The translations under genes were made by a program, and so were the position numbers. A model generated the notes under the pieces. The model searched no databases and had not been told where the DNA came from. It saw only the letters and a program-made list of their open reading frames with translations. 32,000 nucleotides of DNA from Candidatus Arthromitus sp. SFB-mouse-Japan (GTDB lineage: Bacteria; Bacillota; Clostridia; Clostridiales; Clostridiaceae): the NCBI RefSeq assembly GCF_000270205.1, contig NC_015913.1:1530001-1562000 (forward strand), written 5' to 3'. The stretch's first letter is position 1. Each line of letters starts with the position of its first letter. Below, in pieces: positions 19,424 through 29,100 of this stretch.

Positions 19424-19846
19424 TTATCCAAAATTTCTTTTATTATATCCTCTTTGTTTAGAATCTTGGTTCTTTCTAAAATCTTGCATCCTTTCCTCAC
19501 TATCTTTTAAATATTTAGATAAAATATCCTCAAAATTTGATGCATTACTTTTTGGAGTAGCATGTATTCTATCATTATTTTTTTTATAGTTATTATTGCC
19601 CACATTTAATGAATTACCTTCTGCTTGTTTTAAAGATAAACTAATTTTACCAGAATCATCTATAGATAAAACCTTTACCCTAACATCTAACTTATCCTTT
19701 AAATAATCTCTTATATCCTTTATATATTTATTCGAAACCTCTGATATATGTACAAGCCCCGTTTCTCCATTAATATCTACAAAAGCACCGAAGTTAGTTA
19801 TGTTAACAACCTTTCCTTCGTATATGTTCCCTATGACTAAAGCCAT
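19424..19846 (-). CDS. yabR: S1 RNA-binding domain protein (YabR-like)
   Basis: 140 aa with the S1 domain sequence GNIYEGKVVNITNFGAFVDI...GLVHISEV and a basic, low-complexity C-terminal tail. Conserved position after divIC. Confidence 0.85.
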   Translation of the reverse strand: MALVIGNIYEGKVVNITNFGAFVDINGETGLVHISEVSNKYIKDIRDYLKDKLDVRVKVLSIDDSGKISLSLKQAEGNSLNVGNNNYKKNNDRIHATPKSNASNFEDILSKYLKDSEERMQDFRKNQDSKQRGYNKRNFG

Positions 19847-19881
19847 ATTAATTTTATTCCTCCTTAAAATAATCTAATATT

Positions 19882-20166
19882 CTACTTAACTATATTAATT
19901 ATAGATTTTTCTCCCTCAAATACATAACCTAGTCTATCTCTAACTAAAACCTCTAAGTATTCCTTAGTATTTGATAAATTTAATTCATCTTTTAATAATT
20001 GAATTTCCCAGGTTATATCCTCTAGTTTATCCTGATACTTCATAAATTCAACTTCTACATTATATCGATCAAAATCATTTTTAAACAGAGTGATCAAACT
20101 ATAAATTAATATGACCAAAATCACAATATTCCTAATAAAAAAAATACGTTTCCTTTGTTTAACCAA
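19882..20166 (-). CDS. divIC: Septum formation initiator (DivIC/FtsB family)
   Basis: 94 aa with a basic N-terminus, a single TM helix and then a coiled coil. TTG start after AGAGG. Synteny is yabQ-divIC-yabR. Confidence 0.8.
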   Translation of the reverse strand: MVKQRKRIFFIRNIVILVILIYSLITLFKNDFDRYNVEVEFMKYQDKLEDITWEIQLLKDELNLSNTKEYLEVLVRDRLGYVFEGEKSIINIVK

Positions 20167-20238
20167 AATAACCTCTTTGTAAATTAAATTTTCAATACAT
20201 AAATATTTTAATACAATTTAGTTTTTTTTCAATATATT

Positions 20239-20619
20239 CTAATAATTTTTTTTATTTACAACTCTTGAAATAATATATATTAAATTTTTAAATATATATC
20301 TAATTATTTCCAAAAGGAAACCTACTAAATTATTGATTATCCTATATATAAATATAGATATACACTTTGTATAAAATATAATACCTAATAATATATAAAA
20401 ATAAGTATAAAACGATAGTATAGCATACTGTGTGTTCAATAAAAATATAAACACTAATACCCCCACAACCATCCAATATATATGATCAATTATAATTCTA
20501 AAAACTTTATAATATACATCTCTAAATAACACTCTATATATATCAAACCCTATTCCAAATATAACTCCAGATATAAAACTATAAAACAAAATCAATATCT
20601 GTATATCTAGGTTAATCAT
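20239..20619 (-). CDS. yabQ: Spore cortex biosynthesis protein YabQ
   Basis: 126 aa multi-pass membrane protein. Its ATG overlaps the yabP stop (ATGA), the conserved yabP-yabQ pairing. Confidence 0.8.
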   Translation of the reverse strand: MINLDIQILILFYSFISGVIFGIGFDIYRVLFRDVYYKVFRIIIDHIYWMVVGVLVFIFLLNTQYAILSFYTYFYILLGIIFYTKCISIFIYRIINNLVGFLLEIIRYIFKNLIYIISRVVNKKNY

Positions 20620-20930
20620 TTATTCTTACCCAGTATTTTTTTAACTATACCTAACTTATTCTTATCACCTTTAAACTTCTTATCATCTAAATACTTACAC
20701 TCATTAATGTTACCTGTAATACTAATTTCCCCATTTTTTAAATCTAACTTACTAATCTTAAGATTATTCCCTATAATTTCTAGTTTCTTTAGAACAGTAT
20801 TTAGAGTTACCTTTTCTTCATCAAAAGATAAAACTTCAAATACTCCAGTTATACTTATATTTTTTCTATTCTCAAGTAATATATTACTCTTCTTTATTAA
20901 TTCTGTAGTATTATCTTTTTTATATTCCAT
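20616..20930 (-). CDS. yabP: Sporulation protein YabP
   Basis: About 104 aa, with a YabP-like core (LENRKNISITGV...ISKLDLKNGEISITG). The ATG at 20930 follows GGAGGT; the track start at TTG 20942 is the SD region. Confidence 0.85.
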   Translation of the reverse strand: MEYKKDNTTELIKKSNILLENRKNISITGVFEVLSFDEEKVTLNTVLKKLEIIGNNLKISKLDLKNGEISITGNINECKYLDDKKFKGDKNKLGIVKKILGKNK

Positions 20931-20999
20931 AATTACCTCCAATTAATATTCTTCATTAAATTAATATGAATATTAATTGGTAAGTATTACATTAATAAA

Positions 21000-21239
21000 T
21001 TATATAATTCTATACATTTTTTCAGCTTCATCCTTTCTTACATTTTCCTTTATATCTAAAATCTCTATCTTAAAATTATTATTTCCAAAAATTATTTCCA
21101 AAACATCACCAACATTAACCTTAGATGATGGCTTTGATAATTTCCCATTTATTAAAACCTTATCTGAATCACATGCATCCTTTGCAACAGTCCTTCTCTT
21201 TATTATCCTAGTTACTTTTAAAAATTTATCTAATCTCAT
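21000..21239 (-). CDS. yabO: S4-domain RNA-binding protein (YabO/Hsp15-like)
   Basis: 79 aa, MRLDKFLKVTRIIKRRTVAKDACDSDKVLINGK, which is an S4 alpha-L motif. GGAGGAG SD. Confidence 0.85.
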   Translation of the reverse strand: MRLDKFLKVTRIIKRRTVAKDACDSDKVLINGKLSKPSSKVNVGDVLEIIFGNNNFKIEILDIKENVRKDEAEKMYRII

Positions 21240-21249
21240 ATTATCTCCT

Positions 21250-21285
21250 CCTATAAATAAAGATCCGAGAAAAAACTCGGATCTC
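21250..21285 (-). terminator. Hairpin/terminator after hup (probably partial)
   Basis: Perfect 9-bp GC-containing stem AGATCCGAG / CTCGGATCT with a 6-nt loop, directly after the hup stop. The trailing TTATTTAT tract is only moderately U-rich. Confidence 0.5.
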
Positions 21286-21560
21286 TATTTATTAACTCTA
21301 TCTTTGAATTCTTTACCTGCTTTAAATACCGGAACCTTGGCTGCAGGAATCTTTATTGGTTCATTGTTTTGAGGATTTCTTCCTTCTCTCTCAGCTCTCT
21401 CCCTAATTTCGAAAGTTCCAAAGCCTACTAATTGAACTTTGTCTGCATTTTCTAACGCTTCAAAAACACTCTTTATAAATGCATTTAGAGCAGCTTCAGC
21501 ATCTTTTTTACTAAGTTCACTCTTCTGCGCTATACTAGCAACCAATTCAGCTTTATTCAA
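21285..21560 (-). CDS. hup: DNA-binding protein HU
   Basis: HU family sequence: NKAELVASIAQ...GFGTFEIRERAEREGRNPQ...KIPAAKVPVFKAGKEFK. The TTG start at 21560 is 8 nt after AAGGAGG. The longer track ORF (to 21602) would add a non-HU extension. Confidence 0.9.
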   Translation of the reverse strand: MNKAELVASIAQKSELSKKDAEAALNAFIKSVFEALENADKVQLVGFGTFEIRERAEREGRNPQNNEPIKIPAAKVPVFKAGKEFKDRVNK

Positions 21561-21725
21561 TCCTATATCCTCCTTAGATTGAGTTGTTAATTCGTTATAC
21601 AATAAACTATAACTAATTAAAACTACTATGTAATACTAAATTTATTTTTCTGTGTTAATGTTATCATAACTAAAAATATTATTCAACAACATTATTTCTA
21701 AGTATTATATTTCCATACTACACAC

Positions 21726-23261
21726 TTATTTAATAGATGTAAATATACTACTTAACTCTCTCATTTTAAATAAAACAAGACTCAAAATGTATATAATACC
21801 TCCAATTATCCCACATATAAAAATACTTAACACTGTACTCCCAGACATCTTATAAAAATAATCAAATGATAATAATGCTATTATTATCATTAAAAGAGAA
21901 GAAAATAGAGGTGTTATTATTATATCCAATATATTCAAATTTATATTTAATTTTTTCTTAATTGCACTAAAATTCAAATAACTTGTTAATATGTATGAAA
22001 ATATTGTAGCTAAAACTGCACCATATATATTAAATTCAGAGTTTCCAGTTAAAATTAAGGTCACTATGACTTTAATAAAACACCCTATCAAAAGATTAAT
22101 AACTGGTCTTATATAATTATTTGTACTTTGAAGTATAGATATTGATACTTGAGAAAAAATTATAAAGGGTATACTAACTGCTGCATATCTCAATATATTG
22201 TATCCATCTGTATTGTTTGGAAATATCACATTCATTATAGGATATGCTAAAAAATACATAGATATAAAACAAGGAAATGCTATATAGCTTGACAATTTAA
22301 AACACATAATAACCTTATCTTTAAACTCTTCCATTTTATTTAAAACAAAAAGTCTAGATAACGTTGGTATCACAGATGTTCCTAAAGCAACCGCAAGTGC
22401 AAGAGGAACATTTATAATAACAGAAACCTTACCAGTTAACTGTCCATATAATACCGTGGCCTCTCTATTAGTATATCCAGCATTCAAAAGCATTTGAGGG
22501 ACTAAAATCGAATCTATCAAAACCATTATTGTTGATACTGTAGCCCCAAGAGATAATGGTATTGCTATTTTTAATATCTTACCTACATATTTCCTACCAT
22601 TTATATTTTTTCTATTTATGCCATCAAAATATTTTATACTAAATTTCAAATACATAATAACAATAAATACCGTTGCTATTATTCCACCTATTACAGCACC
22701 AAAAGATGCGCCTCCAGCTGCATAGTGTATGCCCTTATATAAAAGCAGGTAAGCAAGCGATACTCCAACCACAACTCTTATAATTTGTTCAATTATTTGA
22801 GAAATCCCTGTTGGAACCATATTCTCCATTCCCTGAAATACTCCCCGAAAAACACCCAAAAGACATACACTAATAGGTGCTATAGATATTCCAATGAAAC
22901 AAAGATAAACCTTACTATCCCATTTGAGTAAATTTATTATCGGATTTGAAAATACTAACAAGATAATGCTTGTACCTACTCCTAAAAATATCATAATCCT
23001 AAGAGAAGCTTTTATTATACTTACTATAGATTCCTTATCTCCATATGCAGATCTCTCAGATACAAATTTTGAAACAGCAATAGGCATTCCTGACACAATA
23101 CCAATAAAAAACATGTATAATGGATATGTCATTTGATAGTACCCAATTCCTTCATCACCTATAAGCATAACAAGAGGCCATCTGAAAAATATCCCCAAAA
23201 ATTTTGCAATTATACTGCTTACACTAAGTATAAGTGTTCCTTTTATTATCTTATTTTTCAT
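21726..23261 (-). CDS. MOP-superfamily flippase (YabM/SpoVB/MurJ-like polysaccharide biosynthesis protein)
   Basis: About 511 aa, with roughly 14 predicted TM segments. It lies directly downstream of spoVT, like yabM/spoVB in Bacilli and Clostridia. The ATG at 23261 follows GGGGGA. Confidence 0.8.
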   Translation of the reverse strand: MKNKIIKGTLILSVSSIIAKFLGIFFRWPLVMLIGDEGIGYYQMTYPLYMFFIGIVSGMPIAVSKFVSERSAYGDKESIVSIIKASLRIMIFLGVGTSIILLVFSNPIINLLKWDSKVYLCFIGISIAPISVCLLGVFRGVFQGMENMVPTGISQIIEQIIRVVVGVSLAYLLLYKGIHYAAGGASFGAVIGGIIATVFIVIMYLKFSIKYFDGINRKNINGRKYVGKILKIAIPLSLGATVSTIMVLIDSILVPQMLLNAGYTNREATVLYGQLTGKVSVIINVPLALAVALGTSVIPTLSRLFVLNKMEEFKDKVIMCFKLSSYIAFPCFISMYFLAYPIMNVIFPNNTDGYNILRYAAVSIPFIIFSQVSISILQSTNNYIRPVINLLIGCFIKVIVTLILTGNSEFNIYGAVLATIFSYILTSYLNFSAIKKKLNINLNILDIIITPLFSSLLMIIIALLSFDYFYKMSGSTVLSIFICGIIGGIIYILSLVLFKMRELSSIFTSIK

Positions 23262-23327
23262 AAATCCCCCAAACAATAAATGATAATACACTTAATTATT
23301 ATTTAATAATATAAAAAATATTACTAA

Positions 23328-23361
23328 ATAAAAAAATTAAAAAGCTATGAAATCATAGCTT
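23328..23361 (-). terminator. Rho-independent terminator after spoVT
   Basis: Stem AAGCTAT / ATAGCTT, followed on the minus strand by TTTTTAATTTTTTT. Confidence 0.6.
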
Positions 23362-23376
23362 CTCAATATGTAAAAT

Positions 23377-23925
23377 TTATTCCATTTGCTTCCCTAAAAA
23401 TGATGCAGCTGTTTCAGCAAGCTTTTGCTCAACTATCCCAAGCTTATCGTCACCCTCTTTTGATAATATTATTACAGAACCTATTGTATCTCCTTCTGCA
23501 ACAATTGGTGAAATTATTTGAGAAGAGTATTTATTCTCTAAATTCTCATCAATGCATAATGGTAAAAATTCTTCTTGATTTGTTATACACAACGTTTTTC
23601 TATTCTCTAATACTTTCTCAAGCTCCGGACTTATTTTCTTATCTAAATACTCTTTTTTAGATATACCACAAACCGATATGAATTCATCTTTATCAGAAAT
23701 TAAAACTATATTACCTATGGCCTGTTGAAGTGACTCTGCATATTCTTTTGAAAAATCACTCAATTCTTCTATTGGAGAGTACTTCTTTAATATAACCCCA
23801 CCATCTCTATCAGTAAATATTTCGAGTGGGTCACCCTCTCTTATTCTTAGAGTCTTTCTTATTTCTTTAGGTATTACAACTCTCCCTAAATCATCTATTC
23901 TTCTAACAATTCCAGTTGCTTTCAT
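23377..23925 (-). CDS. spoVT: Stage V sporulation protein T (AbrB-family regulator with a GAF-like C-terminal domain)
   Basis: 182 aa. The N-terminal SpoVT/AbrB swapped-hairpin sequence is MKATGIVRRIDDLGRVVIPKEIRKTLRIREGDPLEIF. The length and context match spoVT. Confidence 0.95.
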   Translation of the reverse strand: MKATGIVRRIDDLGRVVIPKEIRKTLRIREGDPLEIFTDRDGGVILKKYSPIEELSDFSKEYAESLQQAIGNIVLISDKDEFISVCGISKKEYLDKKISPELEKVLENRKTLCITNQEEFLPLCIDENLENKYSSQIISPIVAEGDTIGSVIILSKEGDDKLGIVEQKLAETAASFLGKQME

Positions 23926-24007
23926 TAATTCTTTTCCTCCTCAAATTCACAGATAACTTACTTGACATACTTATTATTTATCATTTCTGTTATTTTATAC
24001 ATAACAT

Positions 24008-24034
24008 AGAAAAAAAGAGTAGTAATACTACTCT
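24008..24034 (-). terminator. Rho-independent terminator after prsA copy 1 (the stem includes the stop codon)
   Basis: The minus strand reads GAGTAG, a TATTA loop, then CTACTC, followed by TTTTTTT. The last codons (GAG TAG) form one arm of the stem. Confidence 0.65.
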
Positions 24035-25017
24035 TTTTTACCAGTTATATTCTCTGTATATATCTTTACATCATATTTTTCCTTTACCTTTGTAAACAAA
24101 GAATTTATTGTTTCATTTATTTTATCACTCTTTAATGTATCTTCTATATCTTTAGAAACTCTATCTAAATCTTGAGTCCATTCTTTAGAATTAATATTTT
24201 CAACTTTTATAATGTGATATCCAAATTGAGTCTTAACAGGTCCTCGAATTTCGCCTTCTTTCATATCCTTTACTTCATCCATAAACTCTTTTACAAGTTG
24301 TGAATTATCAAACTCTTGGTAACCTAAATATCCATCAACATTAGCACTTCCATCTTGGCTATAAGTTCTTGCAAGTTTACCAAAATCTTCTCCATCATTT
24401 AGTTTTTCTAATACAGTATTAGCAGTGTCTTCATCTGCTACAAATATATGGTATACATCTGCCCCTGGACCCTTTACAAATTTAGTCTTATTGTCATTAT
24501 AATACTGTTTTATTTCACTTGATGATATTTTCAAATTATCAGTCTCTTTATTTATAAGTTCTTCTATAATAAGTGATATTTTAAGCTTATTTTTATAATC
24601 TTCTTCATCTTTAAATCTACTATTTATTATAGCCGTTTCAAATGCCTCATCACTTCCGAAAATGCTCTTCATATTTTCAAATTCTTCGTCTACTTTCTCT
24701 TGTATCTCAGCATCATCAACTAATGATTCATCCTTTGCATATTGAACTAATGCTTTTTGTTCTACATACTGTTCAACTAAATCTAAATATACATTTTTAA
24801 AATCTTCAGATTCCTTATAATTTTCTCCATATTGAGTTATAAATCCATTTTTAAGCCCACTATAGTATTCATCTACTTCTGTTTTGGTAATATCCTCTTT
24901 CTTTATTCTTGCAACAATATTTTCATCTTTCGGTGTACCCCCACCAATACAAGAATATAAAAAACATATTGTTACTATTGGAGCTAAAACTAATGATGTA
25001 ATCTTTCTAAATTTCAT
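24028..25017 (-). CDS. prsA: PrsA-like lipoprotein peptidyl-prolyl isomerase (parvulin), copy 1
   Basis: 329 aa. The signal peptide ends in LYSC (lipobox-like Cys). A parvulin domain is present (YHIFV...GYLGY...PVKTQFGYHIIKVE). Confidence 0.85.
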   Translation of the reverse strand: MKFRKITSLVLAPIVTICFLYSCIGGGTPKDENIVARIKKEDITKTEVDEYYSGLKNGFITQYGENYKESEDFKNVYLDLVEQYVEQKALVQYAKDESLVDDAEIQEKVDEEFENMKSIFGSDEAFETAIINSRFKDEEDYKNKLKISLIIEELINKETDNLKISSSEIKQYYNDNKTKFVKGPGADVYHIFVADEDTANTVLEKLNDGEDFGKLARTYSQDGSANVDGYLGYQEFDNSQLVKEFMDEVKDMKEGEIRGPVKTQFGYHIIKVENINSKEWTQDLDRVSKDIEDTLKSDKINETINSLFTKVKEKYDVKIYTENITGKKE

Positions 25018-25053
25018 ATTATAATTCCTCCTAAGATTATCGAAGCATTAAGA

Positions 25054-26073
25054 TTATTTTACCTTAAGTTTCTTCTCTTTAAATAAATTCTCAGAAAACT
25101 CAGTAACAGCCTTATTCTTTTTCTCATATAATAACGTCTCTTCTATTTCAGATTTCACAGATTCAAAATCAGTATATTGATCCTCAGTTCTAACATCTGT
25201 AACTTTTATTATATGATAACCAAACTGAGTTTTAACAGGGTCTGATATTTCACCCTCTTTTAAATTCTTTGCGCCAGCTAAAAAATCAGCATCATAATTA
25301 GTATTATCATACTCAACAAATCCTAAACTTCCACCTGTTTGACTAGTTGCATCCTTGTTTAATTCTTTTGCTATATCTTCATATTTCTCTCCATTATTAA
25401 GTCTTTCTTTAACTTTTAGTGCCTCTTCTTCTGTGTCAACTAAAATATGATACATAATAGCTCCAGGACGTGTTATGTATTTAGTATCTTTATTATCTTC
25501 ATAATATTTATTTAATTCCTCTTCAGTGACACTAACATCCTTTATAAGATCATCAACTAAAGCATTTATCTTTATTATGTCCCTCTGTTTATTTTTATAA
25601 TCTTCCTCATCTACATAAAAAGCTTCATTCAATGCTTTATTAAATCGTTCTTGATCTATTTTATGACCGTGCCCATCATCCACACCATTCTCTTCATCTA
25701 TAAATAAATCCTTAACTGCGTGTAATGACTCCTCTACCTTATTATTTATCTCTTCTTCAGAGATAAGCCCTCTTTTATCAAACTCTTCTATTAAAATAGA
25801 ATTTTGAGAATAATTCTCTGCAAAAGCTTTCAATTGATCATTCAAATATCCAGCATCATTTTTATAATTTTCTCCATATCTTTGAACTAAAGCATTATGA
25901 AATCCTGCAAAGTAATCCTCAACCTCCCCTCTAGTTATCTTTCTCCCTTCATAAGTTGCCAAAACTTCCTTTCTTATAGCCTCTTCTGTTTTTTCAATAG
26001 TACTACAAGAAGAAACTGTAAAAAGAATCGATAATGATATACAAACCCTACTTAATATTTTGTTAAATTTCAT
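25054..26073 (-). CDS. prsA: PrsA-like lipoprotein peptidyl-prolyl isomerase (parvulin), copy 2
   Basis: 339 aa. The signal peptide ends in VSSC. A parvulin domain is present (YHILV...GSLGF...PVKTQFGYHIIKVT). It is collinear with copy 1 along its full length. Confidence 0.85.
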   Translation of the reverse strand: MKFNKILSRVCISLSILFTVSSCSTIEKTEEAIRKEVLATYEGRKITRGEVEDYFAGFHNALVQRYGENYKNDAGYLNDQLKAFAENYSQNSILIEEFDKRGLISEEEINNKVEESLHAVKDLFIDEENGVDDGHGHKIDQERFNKALNEAFYVDEEDYKNKQRDIIKINALVDDLIKDVSVTEEELNKYYEDNKDTKYITRPGAIMYHILVDTEEEALKVKERLNNGEKYEDIAKELNKDATSQTGGSLGFVEYDNTNYDADFLAGAKNLKEGEISDPVKTQFGYHIIKVTDVRTEDQYTDFESVKSEIEETLLYEKKNKAVTEFSENLFKEKKLKVK

Positions 26074-26101
26074 TTTAAAATATCCTCCCAGTTATTAAGC
26101 T

Positions 26102-29100
26102 TTATTGTTTTTTAACATCTTTTATTAAATTTTCTAACAATTTTATAAATTCATCAATCATAACACTCTTATCGTCACAATCAATTTTATAATAAAAACA
26201 AGGCTTATCACCCAAATTAAATGTTACCTTACCTTGATAATTATTACATATATAATTAAATCCATAATCATCTAAAAAATCTTTGCTCTTATACTCAAAT
26301 AAAATCTTATCGCCTATTTCTTTTATTTGAGAAAAACCCAATTTCTTCCCTAGAGCTCTTATATATGATATCTTTATTAAATTATCGATCTCAAAAGGTA
26401 TTACAGAAAACCTATCCATAAGTTCCTCTTTTATATATGATATATCCTTTTTATCCTCAATACACGATATTTTTTTATATATTTCAAGTTTTTGCATTTC
26501 ATCTTCTATGTAATTATCTTTTATATAGACATCAATCTTTATATCAACAACTGTATTTACTTCTACACAAGTAACTTCTCCCTGAAGCATCTTTATAGCA
26601 TCCTCAAGCATCTTACAATAAAGATCATACCCAACAACACTCATTTGGCCATGTTGAGACTCACCAATTAAATTCCCAGATCCCCTAATTTCCAAATCTT
26701 TCATTGCTACTTTAAACCCAGATCCAAGTTCTGTAAAATCCTTGAGCGTCTTTAATCTCTTCTCTGCAACTTCACTTAAAACTCTATCTTTTTTATAAGT
26801 TAGATATGCATATGCTACTTTATTACTTCTACCAACTCTACCTCTTAGTTGATATAACTGAGATAAACCAAATTTATCTGCATTATGTATAATTATAGTA
26901 TTAGCATTTTTTATATCAATCCCTGTTTCAATTATAGTTGTACAGACAAGAAAATCTATATCCTTATTTAAAAATTTTATTAATATATCTTCTATTTCTC
27001 TTTCGCCCATTTGACCATGAATAACAGAAAATCTACATTCAGGAACCAAATTTTGAAGATAAATATTCATTTTATCTATGTTTTCAACACTATTATACAA
27101 GAAAAATCCTTGTCCACATCGTGAAATTTCTTTCATAATAGCTCCTCTTACTAATTGATCACTATATTCAACAACAAAAGTTTGAACTGGGTATCTATCT
27201 TCGGGTGGAGTATCTATTACACTAATATCGCGTACACCAACCATTGACATATGAAGTGTTCTAGGTATAGGTGTTGCACTTAAACTAAGAACATCAATAC
27301 TCTCTTTCATCTCTTTTATCTTTTCTTTATGTTTAACTCCAAACCTTTGTTCCTCATCTATAATTAAAAGTCCTAAATTTTTAAATTGAACATCTTTAGA
27401 TAAAAGTCTATGGGTTCCTACAATTATATCAATCTCTCCAAGTTTTAATTTAGATAATGTCTCCTTCTGCTGTTTAGTGGTTCTAAACCTACTTAAAACA
27501 TCAACGTTAAATGGGAATCCTTCAAACCTCTTCTTTATATTATTATAATGCTGATCTGCAAGAATCGTTGTTGGTACTAAAAATACAACCTGTCTTTTAT
27601 CAACTACAGCCTTAAACATTGCTCTAAGGGCAACCTCAGTTTTCCCATATCCAACGTCACCACATAGTAGTCTATCCATAGGTTTATCTGACTCCATATC
27701 CTTTTTAATATCTTCTATAGCCAATAATTGATCTGGTGTTTCTACGTATGGGAATTCTTGCTCAAATTGAGACTGCCAAGTACTATCTTTAGAATAAGCA
27801 TATCCCTTTAAAATATTTCTCTTAGCATACAATTTAACTAAATTATATGCAATTTCATCAATGGACCTCCTAGTTTTTGTCTTTATCTTAATCCATTCAC
27901 TTCCACCTAATTTATTTACTTTAGGACTCTTACCTTCAATACCTATGTACTTTTGAACCAAATCAAGCTGTTCTATAGGAACATATAACTTATCTTTTTT
28001 ATCATACTCTATATCTAAATAATCTCTCTCAATTCCCTGAAAATCTATCTTCTTAATTCCTTTATATACCCCAATTCCATGATTCACATGTACTATATAA
28101 TCACCTGGTTTAAGATCATAAAAACTCCTTATTTTCGTCAATCCTTTTTTAGATGACGAGAAGCTCTTTCTCTGTTTTCTTTGTTGATCATAGCCAAAAA
28201 TTTCCTGATCACATATAACATATAAACTAAAATCTGAAAAATCATATCCTTCATTTAAATATCCAAGAGATATAAAAACCTTACCATTACAAATATTGTT
28301 AATATCATTACATAAAGTAGACTCTATACCATATTCAATCAATAATTCCTTTAATTTTTTACATCTAGGTTCAGATGAAGATAGTATTATAACGCAATAG
28401 TCTTCGCTAAGTTTATCCTTTATTTCATTTAATATAACGCTTATTTTGCCATCCATTTTTATGATGTTCTTAGTTTTAAATTCAATAATAGTATCTTTAT
28501 TATAATAATTAAATAAATTAAATGATAAATTATTTATTTTATTAACCTTTGATATTAACTTATCTTTATCTATAAGAAGATTAATTTGATTTGGTAAAAC
28601 CTCACCTCTCAAAAGAAGCATATCAAAATTACTAATAAACCTATCATATACTATATCTAAGGTTTCCATACATTTTTTATACTCATCTAAAAGTACAACA
28701 GAGTTACTCATAAATTCAAAAAATTCAGAAAGATATTTATGTAAATAGGGTATTATAATATTGTATTCATCATAAAAATTACCCTCTCTTAATTTATCCA
28801 ATATAAAATTAAACTTGGTGCTTAATTTTTCTTTCACCTCTAAATCATTTATCCCTGTTATATGTTCTCTAAAATCCTTCTCAAGATTTTCATAAAGCTT
28901 ACTTTTCTCTTCATCATTTAAAATAAATTCCTTACACTGTATGATTTTAATACTTTGAATAGATTCAATACTCATTTGAGTTGTCACATTAAAACTCTTT
29001 ATATTATCTATTGTATCTCCAAAAAATTCGATTCTATAAGCACATGAGAAGTTTATAGGAAAAATGTCTATAATTCCACCTCTTACAGCATACTGTCCCT

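Noticed and set aside
20943-20999. A possible sigma-E promoter for yabP-yabQ (TCATATT on the minus strand).
   Set aside because: The -35-like match is not followed by a CATACA-T type -10 at the correct spacing, and the geometry would leave almost no leader before the SD. The evidence is insufficient.
20977-21372. A 131-aa plus-strand ORF running antisense across yabO and hup. Other long antisense ORFs are similar: 382-666, 13194-13496, 14117-14413, 17659-17976 and 23400-23660.
   Set aside because: Each lies entirely opposite a well-supported conserved gene. Their products are low-complexity, Leu/Ile/Ser/Phe-rich, have no recognisable motifs, and lack Shine-Dalgarno sequences. They are the expected shadow frames of strongly codon-biased genes.
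23926-24010. A forespore (sigma-G/sigma-F) promoter upstream of spoVT (GTATA-N17-AATAATA on the minus strand).
   Set aside because: The -10 lacks the conserved leading C (CATxxTA) or GG of sigma-G/sigma-F consensus sequences, and matches of this quality are frequent in AT-rich sequence. I left it unannotated.
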